IMG/VR virus record: IMGVR_UViG_3300025168_000010
Coordinates: 1 to 51,402 of that record
Source: a virus
Lineage: Duplodnaviria; Caudoviricetes
Strand: one strand, 5' to 3'
Length of the DNA stretch: 51,402 nt
Below, one piece after another: positions 37,201 through 45,951 of this stretch; positions within the stretch are counted from its first letter, which is position 1; each line of letters begins with the position of its first letter. Under the pieces are notes generated by a model that made no database searches, was not told where the DNA came from, and worked only from the letters and a program-made list of their open reading frames with translations. The position numbers and the translations under genes were made by a program.

Positions 37201-40200
37201 AGTTAGAAAAAGCAACTGAAAGAGCAGCAAGTGGAATAGATAAACTGTTGCCTTCCTTCCAAAAAGAGTTCTCAGTCTTTAAGGAAGCCAATATCAAGGA
37301 TATGAATCCTAGATTATACAATACGACCCCTACTCCTGATGGTTTACTTTTCTCCGTATTAGAAACCTTGAAGAAACTTTCTGGTCCAAGTCGCAGGAAT
37401 CCATTCCCCGATATGGACAGTCTTTCCGACCTCGAACTCTTACTCAGAGACCTTGACTCTTTTTCTTCTGGACTAGGGAAACAGTTCAAAGCCAGTGATT
37501 CTTTGTCGAAGAAAATACGAGCCGCCAGTAAGAAACTTAACCAAGTCAAGAACGCTACAGGTGGCAAGAAACATGGGCCATTGGGCCTGTTCCACGACGA
37601 GTTCGTACAGATTTTAAAAGGTCTTACTATTGGTGGCAAGCAAGGCTCCGCAACAATTAAAATTGCACTACGCAAACTACAAAGAAAGTATGGTAAGGAT
37701 CTGAAGTTAGCCCTACCTAGGCATGGAGAAGCAATACGCAGACCATTGGGACCAAGCCTGTTCGATTCAGCATCAGTAGCTCGTAGAATACGTCAACTTG
37801 ATGATGATACCGTCTTGGAGACCCTAGCATCACTAGTTGTAAAAGACGGTATTAGCGATGCTAAGATGAGAGGCTTGCTGAAGAACATTTATAAGAAGTC
37901 TAATGCGCGTAAGACGTTATCGCAGGCTACAGAAGAGACCTTACTAGCAGATATGACAAAGGTTAAGTCCGACCTACTTGAGGTTTCAAGGGTCAAGTTT
38001 GGTGTATCCAGTAAGACTGGAAAGTTTTCAAGAGGCGATATCGCAACGAAGATCTTTGCTGATGTAAGGAAAGAAAACAAACTTATTACCGATAAGCACA
38101 ACAAATTAACCGATGAGTACCTTGGTAAAATGAAGGAACTCCGCACTGCTTTGAATAAGAATATTGAACCTAAGACTATCGGTGACCGAACCAGAAAAGG
38201 TTGGGAGAACAGGCTGTGGAACCAGTTTAGTGCTCTGTCAACAAAGCATGGGCTATCAAACCAAGACCAGTTGTTTGCAGCATTTTCTGTTCTAAGCGAA
38301 ATGCCTCGCAATATCTCACCAGACATGATGAAAAACCTTACAAGCAAGTACCCTAACGTCATTGGCCGACGCTTTGGTGACATAGAGAAAGACCTTGCTC
38401 CTGTAATGGAAGAGTTAGAGAGTCTAATTAAGTTCTATGAACTAGAGTACTCCGATAGAATTTGGGATATTGTCCGTAGCCCAGAGACTATGATGGAGCG
38501 TTGGGGGGTGCTGGACTTTGTTCCGCACACGTTCCATGCTGGGACAGATGAAGTCTCTTTACAGTTAAGTATGGCTGGGAAGTCACAACTCGGAAGCGGT
38601 AAGGGTATACATGAGATGTTCTTCCGTCAGATGGACGCAGCAAAGGGTCGTAAGATCGCTGGCTCCATCAATGAGATCAATGCCTTTAACCATGCAAAAG
38701 AAGGTGCTGTTGACTTGATCAACCTTGAGCCTGCTCTGCTGTGGGGCAGGTATGCACAAGTAAACCATGCTTTAACCAACGATACCTTTATACAAACACT
38801 TATCTCAACGGGCGTTATACGCGGTCTTCGCAGTGGCGATGCCACCATAGCCAAAGACTACGGTATTAGCCTTACTCGTGGGGACGGTCTTGCTAAGACT
38901 GCCGATGAGATTGCGTTGGAACTAGACATGGTGCCTCTCTTTGACCGGTCTGTCCAGACTGAAGAGATGAACAGGTTTATGATGCTCACGCTTGACGATC
39001 TCCTGAACACCTACGCAACGTCTCCCGGAAAGGTTGGACACCAAGAAGTATCAAAAGCTCTTGAGCAAGTTGCTGACTCCCTGCAAGAAGCGTCAAAAGA
39101 AAAGGGTTTCGCTAACTGGATGAACACATCCAAGAATATAAATGCTTTGCGCAAACTTGAGCAGACATCTCTTAGGCTAAGGGCTGCACAGGCGGCAGAG
39201 GGTGCAGACTTATTCAATCCTCGTAAACGTTACGACGAATTACTTAAGCCTGAACTGGCTAATCAAGTAGCAAAGTGGGATGCGACAGAAGGTATAAAAC
39301 TAAACAATGCTCTACCTGATGATGAGTTTAATGCAGCTAGAAAGATAGCGTTATCCAAGTTAGACACGCAGGTCTCACGTAAAATATGGGATGATGTCTC
39401 TGCGGAAATGAACGCACTCCGCTCGAAGTACACTCCGAATGCACCTAAGACACAGGGTATGCATCTGTCAGCATACTATGACCCAAAGGCGGGGCTGTGG
39501 GAAATGTACATGCCAAGGGGTGTCCACCAGAGCATGAAAGAAGTCATTAACATGGACCCTAGATCACATGGGCTTGTCGGTAGAGGATTAGAAAAGTTTA
39601 ATAACTGGTGGAAGACCCGTGTTACCGTCATTGCGATTGCGTTCTCTACACGTAACTGGGGTGCAAACAATGTTTCTATGGCCTTTGATCTCGGCCCTCT
39701 GGGAGTACTTAATCCTAAAACACACATGCAAGGTCTTAAGTTATCCAACGCAGTCCGGTTCTACGACGAGTTTGGCAGTTTAGAAAAAGCATCAAGGGCA
39801 GCAAAGAAAGCCCTCCCTAGCGATGCTACACTCTCAGAAAAAGCAAAGCATGCCGCCTTACAAAGTGGCTTTAGATTCGGTGGGCTGCAAGGTCTACTAG
39901 ACAATGGTGTTCAGTTAACAGACGACCTATGGATGCCTATTGATGAACTAATGGAGCGCATGACTCGTACTGGTGTAGTCAGTCCAGCCTATACCCAAGT
40001 GGTTGACATTAACGCTATGGAACAAGCAATGTCTCACATGCATTTGCATGGTGGTGCTCTTGCTGATGGGACGACAGCCGCTAAACTTAAGAAGTACGCC
40101 TCGAACATTGAGGATGCAGTGCTCGTTACCGTTCCTACCATGATGACTGGCGGTGTGCCTGTCGCTATGTCCAAGAAGGTTGGTGCAGAGTTTGCCCGTG

Positions 40201-41456
40201 GTGTTGAAAACCAGTCTCGTATATTCAACTTCCTTTCTAACATTAAGAAAACAAACAACTGGGACGATTCGGTAGCACATGTAAACAAGTTCTTGTTTAA
40301 CTATGGTGACCTGACCCAGACTCAGAAGCGTTGGATGCGTTTGATTCTGCCGTGGTTTACTTGGAACCAAAAGAACTTTATACTACAGGCAGACTTGATG
40401 CAAAAGTCTCCTGCGCTGTTCTCCTCATTCCATAAAATGATGAGTGACGGGCTACCACAAGTAATGGCTGCAAGCCAAGCCGAGGCTGCTGGTGAGAGGT
40501 TTGTAAACTATGACCCACTCTCCAAAGAAAGGTTGAAAACTCGCGAGACCCACTCGATGCACACCATCCAAATGCCACTGCCTTCTCTTGAAAACTTTGG
40601 TCTTGGAAATGTATCCGTTCCTGTATTTAAGCGAGGAAAGAAAGGTGTTATGCCTTGGCAGTCGTTTGACATGCAGTGGGGCAAACTAGGTAAAGACTAC
40701 TTCCCAAGATTGAAGAACGCACACGTTCAAGGTTTTGGTCTCCCACAAGAAGCGTTTATAAACAACCTCTCACTGCTAATGACTGGAGCAGATGTTCGTA
40801 ACTGGCCTTGGCTTCCGCTTCCAGGGGACTTGGGTAAACAACAAAGGGCACGTTCTTTTGCATCTCGTAGCCGTTGGATTCGTATGGCTGGAGAAACTCA
40901 TGCTCTTATACGTCTCGCAGCAGAGATCGGCTCTGGTCAGCATACTTACTTTAACAAACCAATAAATGAACTTACTGATGGCAGGCTACTCTCTGAGACA
41001 ATCAACGGTATCCGGCAGGTCCCATTTGTTGGAGATACGATGGGCGACATCCTGTCTCAACGTGTAGGTATGAAAGGGTATACTGTCTACGACAAGTGGA
41101 GTGGAAACTGGAAGGAGTTTATCCGTGTTGATGGCGCAGCCAATCACTCGCTCGGACAACTTCCTTGGTCACGTACACTACGCGATGCGGCAGCAATGAC
41201 GGATCAATTCCTAATGAGTCGGCTTATTCCTTGGGAGGCGTTGGCAGCAGAAGGAATATCTCCTCAAGATTTTGGTGAGGTTCCTGTGCTATGGAGCGCC
41301 CTAGATGCCTTAAGTGGTGTCCGTATTATGCAGACAGACCCTGATTTGATGAGGTCATACGCTGACATCAGAACAGAAAAGCAGTTACAGAAGTATCTGG
41401 AAAGTAGAGGTTTGCTCAAGTCTTTCCAAAATTCCTACATACCATACAAATACTAG
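31257..41456 (+). CDS. Giant (3,399 aa) internal virion / polyvalent-type protein
   Basis: Single uninterrupted ORF, last in the ejection module; C-terminal WWKTRVT...FSTRN and ENQSR...FLFNYGDLT...ILPWFTW segments resemble large podoviral ejection proteins; variable central region. Confidence 0.75.
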   Translation: MAEEEGNKQAAISSDEGINQKQWLNDADLGAPQLPSLLSDEQKARLTDPKQTYHKDKAAGRNLRATEPRYHPASWRELGGSMLSTPERREEASDAYKLAELYPEHRDFYMEIAGANAIGQRDLLTFEDIEEAESPSIWENIGTALEPFLTPQRMLWYSGLKLGELLPDPGSMFGDAVQDVVGVIGAPFLFATTGILEAGPMAYESLFGEGETQRDDHFSSGKPPAEELALTFRDMVENLYGDVSTGELAAKAEANMRPWLWGDWSTAPAPTGTSILDSMMSYEEAEYLSQKGETRQLRKFGDWMSSDTGRMVMGLSMELIADPLWFTGPIGKGGNVVAHGDKLVRVSKVLTKTAGKLRTLNPKYSKNDFTHSLIHLVEGTDEQIKTAELLLSNHSAMARTQIKALNREAELAKNALKTDNPEDLRKAVRAIADEKIDAQKTISAHHEILATKGAKERGKLFAQQETEKIRLIASDPAKAKVWLNRQVRDLPRRAKVYQGLSDDIGKIVGDISDARKLGGKAGKKALSKFAGKGGRWAVHIPLTTKHGFLLEKGAFESVTELMRKVGPIDNMMDNFAVSALNNTVKVAREASPNISTLDALGGSQAKLAAYTMMNATQSLALIPLASWDVFRRALGTRYLQPMTQSLHLRGASESGFLPVLGAGTKTIQRIKKVHPKVWEQYQEGLTKMMEGYTGLETQLRGRILRLFKLAGQTADTRRKKSAAEVARLTALRGRSTDPVRIAELNFEIDRAKMWGNTKEYTIKNIMNEAGSALEEGAGKLEKLSDDALEVGKGARAIIDAILNDPTIKAGKLEVEQALVAMARLAKGSNIEKTRILGDLKLIEEKLSTMNLAKEVATRKMRRAYTARLAELRSATKVIETIRPEALTSAIQRMIETPESPADLLNDFVRIFGTEEAARSVLRSTAIAMGNNNEATAMRMFAEKIAGDLPTEVIKDSEKLREAIGRGIKDYLSSLKSESARLHNSWVQGSSKTKIGQREFFPGMKSDDFDDLANSLIEREILSWKVLVPSSERAAFEKWASRGQVQEENILAILDKRAPIVSAGSEHWQDAFGFYSRAKALEQVKVTARKWASSTDKVSDIQRQVLPIASRGSKEEMYRVADAAVAEGATVSDRYIEPSRWRRKPKPKPEPKHVPVQAIPDKDLYVPTPEELAAELEFETNLLALRDKFTRVFDDKKVDNSKFLESLGLTKNELQDLMTDLYGKSHLKSLAAKETLRKIFREKAVIQPPGLSTKKIDVDFDLIAQDPNLSVAAVQKKVGESAEIQIGRALFRDSDSTIVETTILTPSTPPKKRITDKEFIEKQYKITGNRKLFKLEKGDEYLPDPVLDLLDEIGDVPVFVHDGKYRLTGRSSLALEHWPKPKPTESIYYFPKQEGPPGYNFLKGEATPVAGRPVDLGVKDGREYFVFKQVYNSKSKQGALKQGDEVTGLHGGIDDIEKGPLMESGFSGAAKGEAEGVHVRIIHRGEDLEEQLMVPILNKKEKLQPGYGTGIHYVQVRSKEEQVAAVEISGMIRAGRERLARKRFEKGPNFAEYQKVTGELNDQRVILQSNIQKKIDQLEKALSKLERSRAGALRASLADRPAIYKRIDGKEKEINLKLKPLLANKRKFVEKKITPLEGRLSTLKPPPVAAGKSTENGVLQVVGHEVEISSMLERQFFVYMDKSTNNWHVVDTTTGARVSQGHNSNSAVSAANHLIEEEGRISYFNKLDGSPSLWGFGEKQVKKVFTGKPEWRVKDVASGLTRGKGPTREAAIDAAKNKTNSKFDSYVAQEQAKPNYRPVLREVSREEQAKLPWQLYLEQSGKPHGNLWGGKVALARTKERTGKALMPITKERIKEAQELGATFILGNTKHLDRQLALFLDEIGANYTVYHAGDVPIVTRPVARLESKTLEAIESASPRRPFSRYLLDELRVPEKPKRPPLNEFPEPVSAFNPMVKRKVYREDGGQVVDVAKVVDDLDPAVKFKLEKATERAASGIDKLLPSFQKEFSVFKEANIKDMNPRLYNTTPTPDGLLFSVLETLKKLSGPSRRNPFPDMDSLSDLELLLRDLDSFSSGLGKQFKASDSLSKKIRAASKKLNQVKNATGGKKHGPLGLFHDEFVQILKGLTIGGKQGSATIKIALRKLQRKYGKDLKLALPRHGEAIRRPLGPSLFDSASVARRIRQLDDDTVLETLASLVVKDGISDAKMRGLLKNIYKKSNARKTLSQATEETLLADMTKVKSDLLEVSRVKFGVSSKTGKFSRGDIATKIFADVRKENKLITDKHNKLTDEYLGKMKELRTALNKNIEPKTIGDRTRKGWENRLWNQFSALSTKHGLSNQDQLFAAFSVLSEMPRNISPDMMKNLTSKYPNVIGRRFGDIEKDLAPVMEELESLIKFYELEYSDRIWDIVRSPETMMERWGVLDFVPHTFHAGTDEVSLQLSMAGKSQLGSGKGIHEMFFRQMDAAKGRKIAGSINEINAFNHAKEGAVDLINLEPALLWGRYAQVNHALTNDTFIQTLISTGVIRGLRSGDATIAKDYGISLTRGDGLAKTADEIALELDMVPLFDRSVQTEEMNRFMMLTLDDLLNTYATSPGKVGHQEVSKALEQVADSLQEASKEKGFANWMNTSKNINALRKLEQTSLRLRAAQAAEGADLFNPRKRYDELLKPELANQVAKWDATEGIKLNNALPDDEFNAARKIALSKLDTQVSRKIWDDVSAEMNALRSKYTPNAPKTQGMHLSAYYDPKAGLWEMYMPRGVHQSMKEVINMDPRSHGLVGRGLEKFNNWWKTRVTVIAIAFSTRNWGANNVSMAFDLGPLGVLNPKTHMQGLKLSNAVRFYDEFGSLEKASRAAKKALPSDATLSEKAKHAALQSGFRFGGLQGLLDNGVQLTDDLWMPIDELMERMTRTGVVSPAYTQVVDINAMEQAMSHMHLHGGALADGTTAAKLKKYASNIEDAVLVTVPTMMTGGVPVAMSKKVGAEFARGVENQSRIFNFLSNIKKTNNWDDSVAHVNKFLFNYGDLTQTQKRWMRLILPWFTWNQKNFILQADLMQKSPALFSSFHKMMSDGLPQVMAASQAEAAGERFVNYDPLSKERLKTRETHSMHTIQMPLPSLENFGLGNVSVPVFKRGKKGVMPWQSFDMQWGKLGKDYFPRLKNAHVQGFGLPQEAFINNLSLLMTGADVRNWPWLPLPGDLGKQQRARSFASRSRWIRMAGETHALIRLAAEIGSGQHTYFNKPINELTDGRLLSETINGIRQVPFVGDTMGDILSQRVGMKGYTVYDKWSGNWKEFIRVDGAANHSLGQLPWSRTLRDAAAMTDQFLMSRLIPWEALAAEGISPQDFGEVPVLWSALDALSGVRIMQTDPDLMRSYADIRTEKQLQKYLESRGLLKSFQNSYIPYKY

Positions 41457-41468
41457 GATCAGAAGACA

Positions 41469-41765
41469 ATGGAAGGCTACGGAACTACAATAGCAATAAG
41501 CGCCCAAGCGGTGTCTTTGATCCTGTTCGGAGTCCTAGGCTTCTTTCTGAAGAGACTTGTAAATCAGGTGGATACAATGGAGAACAAAGCAACAAAGGTA
41601 AGACTAGTAGTAGACAAAGAGATGGCCTCTATCAGAGAAGATGTTGTGCGACTTGAAGCAAACAGCAGCAACTTCGGTGCTTCACTAACAGAAGTCAAAA
41701 CAAAACTGGACGCTCTCAGCGAGAACATCCAGTGGATTCGTGAGAAGTTGGCAAGCAAACCTTAA
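41469..41765 (+). CDS. Membrane-anchored coiled-coil protein (possible lysis accessory)
   Basis: One N-terminal hydrophobic segment followed by a heptad-rich helix. Confidence 0.55.
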   Translation: MEGYGTTIAISAQAVSLILFGVLGFFLKRLVNQVDTMENKATKVRLVVDKEMASIREDVVRLEANSSNFGASLTEVKTKLDALSENIQWIREKLASKP

Positions 41766-43411
41766 CGGGCTGCTATCCTACGTTGTAACTCTAACCGTCT
41801 CTTCTGCATCTCTAGCCTATCACTGCCTTCCTGACTGGGCAGTTCCTTAGAAAGATGCCTCATCTCTATCCGAGATACTATCCTCCCAAGAGTCTTCTCC
41901 GGCTCGTCGTGTCCTGTTCCCATTGCAATCTTATGGAGTTTAGGCTGTAATGATTCAGCCGCTTTCCTTGCAACAGTATGGGCTGGCTCACCAGACAGTA
42001 GGCTTTCTATAGCCTCGCGTTCTTCTTCCCCATAGATCCAGTCTAAGTTTAATAACTTCTTAGCCTTTGAAGCCATGCCTTCGTTCTTCATCAGGATACC
42101 TGCTAAAGCCAACGCTAGTGGGTCGTGTGGCTTCGATGTAGTCATCTGTGGCTCAGTAGGCGCTGGCTGTCCTACAAGGCGCTTAAGGGCCATGTACGGG
42201 ACACTAAGGATGTCTGAGACCTGACGCAGAACAACGTCCCTAGCAATCAAAGGATACGAACGGATTACAGGTATCGCCTCATCTACTGCTGCTTGCCTAC
42301 CATGTGGAGACCTGTCATGCTTTCTGGACAGAGTGCGTAACCATGTTCCGAGTAGTGGCTCCGCTTCTTCTATCCTAGCTAGTATCTCTTTCATGGAGTT
42401 TGAACCGACGTAATCAGCAGGGTCCATACCATCAGGCAGGCTTACTGTAAGAGAATCAATGTTACTCTTTGCAAGGATAGGCAAAGCCTTAGATGCTGCA
42501 CGTCTACCAGCATCGTCAGAGTCAAAGAAGCACAATGCTTTGTCTGTTAGTTTAGAGAACAGTTTCACATGGTCCTTGGTTAACGCTGTACCACAGGAGG
42601 CAACTGCTTCTGTAATCTCTGCTTGATGCAAGGCAATCACGTCGAAGTAGCCCTCAACAAGAATGACCCTATTCCATTCTCGAATAGCAGGGATGGCTTG
42701 GCTTAATCCAAAAAGGATTGAGGACTTGTTGTATAGTGTCGTCTCTTTACCATTGATGTACTTGGCCTTGGCTGTACCTGATATGTCTCTGCCAGCAAAA
42801 GATACCAACTGCCCTATCTTATTACGGATAGGGAAGATGATTCGATTAGCAAAGACACAGGATGGAGAGCCAAAACTAACACGGAGTATCCCTGCGCTAA
42901 CCGCTGCATCTACAAGGTTATGATCTCTTAGTGACTGGACTATTCCTTCCGATGAAGATGGGCAATAGCCTACCTCCCACCTGCGAATACTCTCCTTACT
43001 TACTTGTCTTTGCTTTAAGTATGCTACTGCATCTGGATGAGATGCCGCATGGCTAAAGTAATGTTGCGCTACATTAAGCGCCTTCTTCATGTCTTCCTTA
43101 GCCTTGTGTGCTGCGTCGTCGAGGTCTGTTTCAATCTCAATGTTAAACCTATCAGCAACATACTGGACAGCATCAATGAACCCTAGTCCCTCTAGCTTCA
43201 TGGGTATGGTGAAGATGTCACCACTGGCACCACAGCCATGACAGTAGAACACGCCACGGTTAGCCTCAACATGTAGGCTTGGAGTCTTCTCTCCGTGGAA
43301 AGGGCAGACAACAAAGATCTCCCCACTTTGCTTTTTTACCTTGGCATAGTCGCCAAACAACTCCACGATATTCGAGGATTTACGTACAGTTTCGATTACA
43401 TAGTCATTCAT
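41762..43411 (-). CDS. dnaG: DNA primase, full-length bacterial DnaG type
   Basis: CHC2 finger CPFHGEKTPS...CHGC, RIIFPI, KYIN, Toprim VEGYFDV and FDSDDAG, GMDPAD; ATG 43411 after AGGAG. Confidence 0.95.
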   Translation of the reverse strand: MNDYVIETVRKSSNIVELFGDYAKVKKQSGEIFVVCPFHGEKTPSLHVEANRGVFYCHGCGASGDIFTIPMKLEGLGFIDAVQYVADRFNIEIETDLDDAAHKAKEDMKKALNVAQHYFSHAASHPDAVAYLKQRQVSKESIRRWEVGYCPSSSEGIVQSLRDHNLVDAAVSAGILRVSFGSPSCVFANRIIFPIRNKIGQLVSFAGRDISGTAKAKYINGKETTLYNKSSILFGLSQAIPAIREWNRVILVEGYFDVIALHQAEITEAVASCGTALTKDHVKLFSKLTDKALCFFDSDDAGRRAASKALPILAKSNIDSLTVSLPDGMDPADYVGSNSMKEILARIEEAEPLLGTWLRTLSRKHDRSPHGRQAAVDEAIPVIRSYPLIARDVVLRQVSDILSVPYMALKRLVGQPAPTEPQMTTSKPHDPLALALAGILMKNEGMASKAKKLLNLDWIYGEEEREAIESLLSGEPAHTVARKAAESLQPKLHKIAMGTGHDEPEKTLGRIVSRIEMRHLSKELPSQEGSDRLEMQKRRLELQRRIAAR

Positions 43412-43450
43412 ATTCACTCCTAATTGAGAAAGTTATTTAAGCACAGTACT

Positions 43451-43936
43451 CTAGAATAGTCCGGCGAGGTATGCCGATGCGACCCAAAGTGCATCAGCCT
43501 CATTATCATCTTGTAATTGCCACCCTTCTTCCTGCCATCTCGCCAATGCAGAAGAAATCATAAGTTCTTTTGGGGCATTTCCTTTACCAGTTGCATGTCT
43601 TTTTATTGTCCCAACTGGGATGCTAACATAAGGATGTTTGTCCAGTTCAAGTACGGATTGAAGTGTTGCCATCAGTCCACCATAGATGTGTGCAGCAGTG
43701 ACACCACGGTGTCTCCGTACCTCTTCAAAGGCTACATGGATACTGTACTGGTCACGGTTGTTAAACAAGTCTCTAAGTTTGTTGGCAAACCTAACGTATC
43801 TCATGCCGCCACCTTCATGTCTCTGGGTTGCAAAGTCCCAAGTTCCAGAGTCTACACGAGTTCCGTCAGGTCTTAGTACTGCCCACCCACACTTCGTACC
43901 TAGGTCCAGACCGACAACGTATTCTACTTCTTTCAT
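43451..43936 (-). CDS. RuvC-like Holliday junction resolvase
   Basis: GLDLGTKCGWA, AFEEVRRH, IKRHATGKGNAPK and DNEADA motifs; ATG 43936 after GGAGG. Confidence 0.85.
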   Translation of the reverse strand: MKEVEYVVGLDLGTKCGWAVLRPDGTRVDSGTWDFATQRHEGGGMRYVRFANKLRDLFNNRDQYSIHVAFEEVRRHRGVTAAHIYGGLMATLQSVLELDKHPYVSIPVGTIKRHATGKGNAPKELMISSALARWQEEGWQLQDDNEADALWVASAYLAGLF

Positions 43937-44268
43937 TCTACCTCCGCTTTCCCCCCTCTGATTCTGGCTGGTGACCACCACCAGGACTCATTGAAGTCTC
44001 CATCTTTTGATGGGATTACTTCATCAAAGGAAGATATCCATTCGTTAATGTGAAACCTTGTAGGTGGGAACATTCCCTTCACCCTACCGTCTGGGCATCG
44101 AATGCCAGACAACCAATCATAAATGCAACTTATCTCTGTCCTGCAACCAGTGTTGACATAGATGCTGTGCTGCATAGCGGATACACTAGCAAGGTGCCTC
44201 TTAATTTCTAAGAGACGTTTCCTTGCTAGTGTATTGCTTCTTACGTGACCTCTACTCGAAGTAGTCAT
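43933..44268 (-). CDS. Hypothetical protein
   Basis: 111-aa ORF overlapping neighbours in the leftward operon. Confidence 0.5.
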   Translation of the reverse strand: MTTSSRGHVRSNTLARKRLLEIKRHLASVSAMQHSIYVNTGCRTEISCIYDWLSGIRCPDGRVKGMFPPTRFHINEWISSFDEVIPSKDGDFNESWWWSPARIRGGKAEVE

Positions 44269-44704
44269 TGTCTACTGCAAGCCAACGTATAGTCTCATCT
44301 TCATCTACAAAGATGACACCCTTTAGTTTGCCAGTTGAGTCATGAATCATACGAGGAGTATGGTCATACTTTATAAGGCTGATGCTGTGCTTGATGATAG
44401 TCCTGTCCCAAGGTATCGTAACGTATGGGGCAATCGTATCATCTTCACCTTCAAAGCCTACTATCTCATCACTTCCAGTCATTGCCATTACCGCTTCCGT
44501 AGCCGGAATCAGATACGCCACTGCTAGATGGCGCAGGGTTTCCAGTATCCACTGGTCCATGTCCTGAGCCGACCGGAGGACGGGTTCCACCAGAGGAGTC
44601 GCCTGACCCCACTCCTTGACTGTGGAAGTTTTGCCCAATACCTTCTGCACTAACTTTCTCGACATTGAACGCAGTAAGCGATGAGTAGTATGCCGCTTGC
44701 CCAT
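44252..44704 (-). CDS. Hypothetical protein overlapping the ssb tail (start uncertain, possibly 44488 or 44482)
   Basis: Only leftward ORF covering 44269-44468; frame stays open 236 nt into ssb. Confidence 0.45.
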   Translation of the reverse strand: MGKRHTTHRLLRSMSRKLVQKVLGKTSTVKEWGQATPLVEPVLRSAQDMDQWILETLRHLAVAYLIPATEAVMAMTGSDEIVGFEGEDDTIAPYVTIPWDRTIIKHSISLIKYDHTPRMIHDSTGKLKGVIFVDEDETIRWLAVDNDYFE

Positions 44705-44945
44705 TCTTTTCTACCTTACGTGTGGTGTACTTACCTTGACACATAACAAGTTGTCCACTGCGACAGTTACGAACGTTGTCCTTAGCCCTATCACCCCAGA
44801 TCTGAACGGTGTGATACGCATCGTAACGAGTACCGTTGCTTGTTTCCCATGTCTTAACCCTAAGATTAAGGACGCTCTTCTGACCGACCTGACGCTCTTC
44901 TGGTTCTGCTGCTAGTTCGCCAATTATTAAACAGTTGTTAATCAT
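44469..44945 (-). CDS. ssb: Single-stranded DNA-binding protein
   Basis: MINNCLIIGELAAEPE...YHTVQIWG...GQLVMCQGKYTTRK OB fold plus Gly/Ser-rich tail. Confidence 0.85.
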   Translation of the reverse strand: MINNCLIIGELAAEPEERQVGQKSVLNLRVKTWETSNGTRYDAYHTVQIWGDRAKDNVRNCRSGQLVMCQGKYTTRKVEKNGQAAYYSSLTAFNVEKVSAEGIGQNFHSQGVGSGDSSGGTRPPVGSGHGPVDTGNPAPSSSGVSDSGYGSGNGNDWK

Positions 44946-44946
44946 C

Positions 44947-45951
44947 TCATTCTCCTACGAATAGTTTTATCTTGGTGCTTTTCTGGTAAAAACCTGACGA
45001 GGAGGGTTCCTCGTAGGCTGAAGGCCAACACGTCTTCCAATGTGAGCACCAGTCACATGGGAATCTGAGTTGTCCTTTTGTGGCTTTCGCCGTTGATGGT
45101 TTAAATGGTTTTGCTATCTCCTCTGGTGATTGTGATTCTATGACTTCTCTCAAACGTGTAACGATCTGGTCCTTGACGATGGCATCGCCTTTAACCCAAT
45201 GGCCTACAATGGGACTTGCTTTAGCCCAAGAGCCATCCTCTCTAACGATACCATCCTTGACGGTAACGTTCTTACCTAGTGCTAGGACGTAAGTCCAGTT
45301 GTATTCCTTACCAGTCATCTGCGTCTTAGCCATTTGATAGGCTTGTGTCTGGTAGTTGTACAGGTCTTCAGGACTCAATCCGTTCTGGCGGAAACGCTTG
45401 AAGCCATAGTCACTCATTGACTTGATCTCAAGTATAGCGTCTACCATAGCGAACTCGCCTAAATCTCCACGGTAGAGAGGAAGTTGCATCGTTCCATCTG
45501 GATGACCTGCAACCTTAGCGGTCCTATCATCACTAAGTGGAATCTCTAAGCATACTCTTTCTTGAGCGAGACCTGTGTTACTTATGGTGATAGTATTGAT
45601 GTGGTCCGTAGCATCATGCAATGCAGCAACCATAAGCATCTCAATGATATCCCCTACAGCGAATACGATAGGAGAACTCTCATCAGGAACAAAGCCATTA
45701 GGTTTGTAATGATGGTAGTCATAGGCTAATGCTCGTTGGCATTTGCCAGCAGAACTCAAACGCAATGAACCAGTTGGTCCGTTCCTTGGTTCTTCTAGTT
45801 GCCTGACTAGTACCTTGCCTAGTTCCGCTGTATCATAGTTAGTTGTTATTGGTTTGTTCTGTCTTAGCCTCGCCAGAACTATAGCCGCCAAGTCTGGCAT
45901 CCATACTCCTCGTTCAACCTCAACCCACATCCCGTCTTTATCGACTTCCAT
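44947..45951 (-). CDS. PD-(D/E)xK exonuclease, Cas4/AddB-like with 4-Cys cluster
   Basis: SSAGKCQRALAY, GHPDG, LEIKS, YQTQAY and C-terminal CDWCSHWKTC. Confidence 0.85.
   Translation of the reverse strand: MEVDKDGMWVEVERGVWMPDLAAIVLARLRQNKPITTNYDTAELGKVLVRQLEEPRNGPTGSLRLSSAGKCQRALAYDYHHYKPNGFVPDESSPIVFAVGDIIEMLMVAALHDATDHINTITISNTGLAQERVCLEIPLSDDRTAKVAGHPDGTMQLPLYRGDLGEFAMVDAILEIKSMSDYGFKRFRQNGLSPEDLYNYQTQAYQMAKTQMTGKEYNWTYVLALGKNVTVKDGIVREDGSWAKASPIVGHWVKGDAIVKDQIVTRLREVIESQSPEEIAKPFKPSTAKATKGQLRFPCDWCSHWKTCWPSAYEEPSSSGFYQKSTKIKLFVGE

Noticed and set aside
32005-40578. Many antisense ORFs (up to 259 aa) inside the giant gene
   Set aside because: Ser/Leu/Phe-rich shadows of the sense codon pattern, without RBS or motifs.
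44947-45951. Cas4-like gene as part of a CRISPR-Cas system
   Set aside because: No cas1/cas2 or multi-repeat array; its context (Sak, SSB, RuvC) is that of a phage recombination exonuclease.
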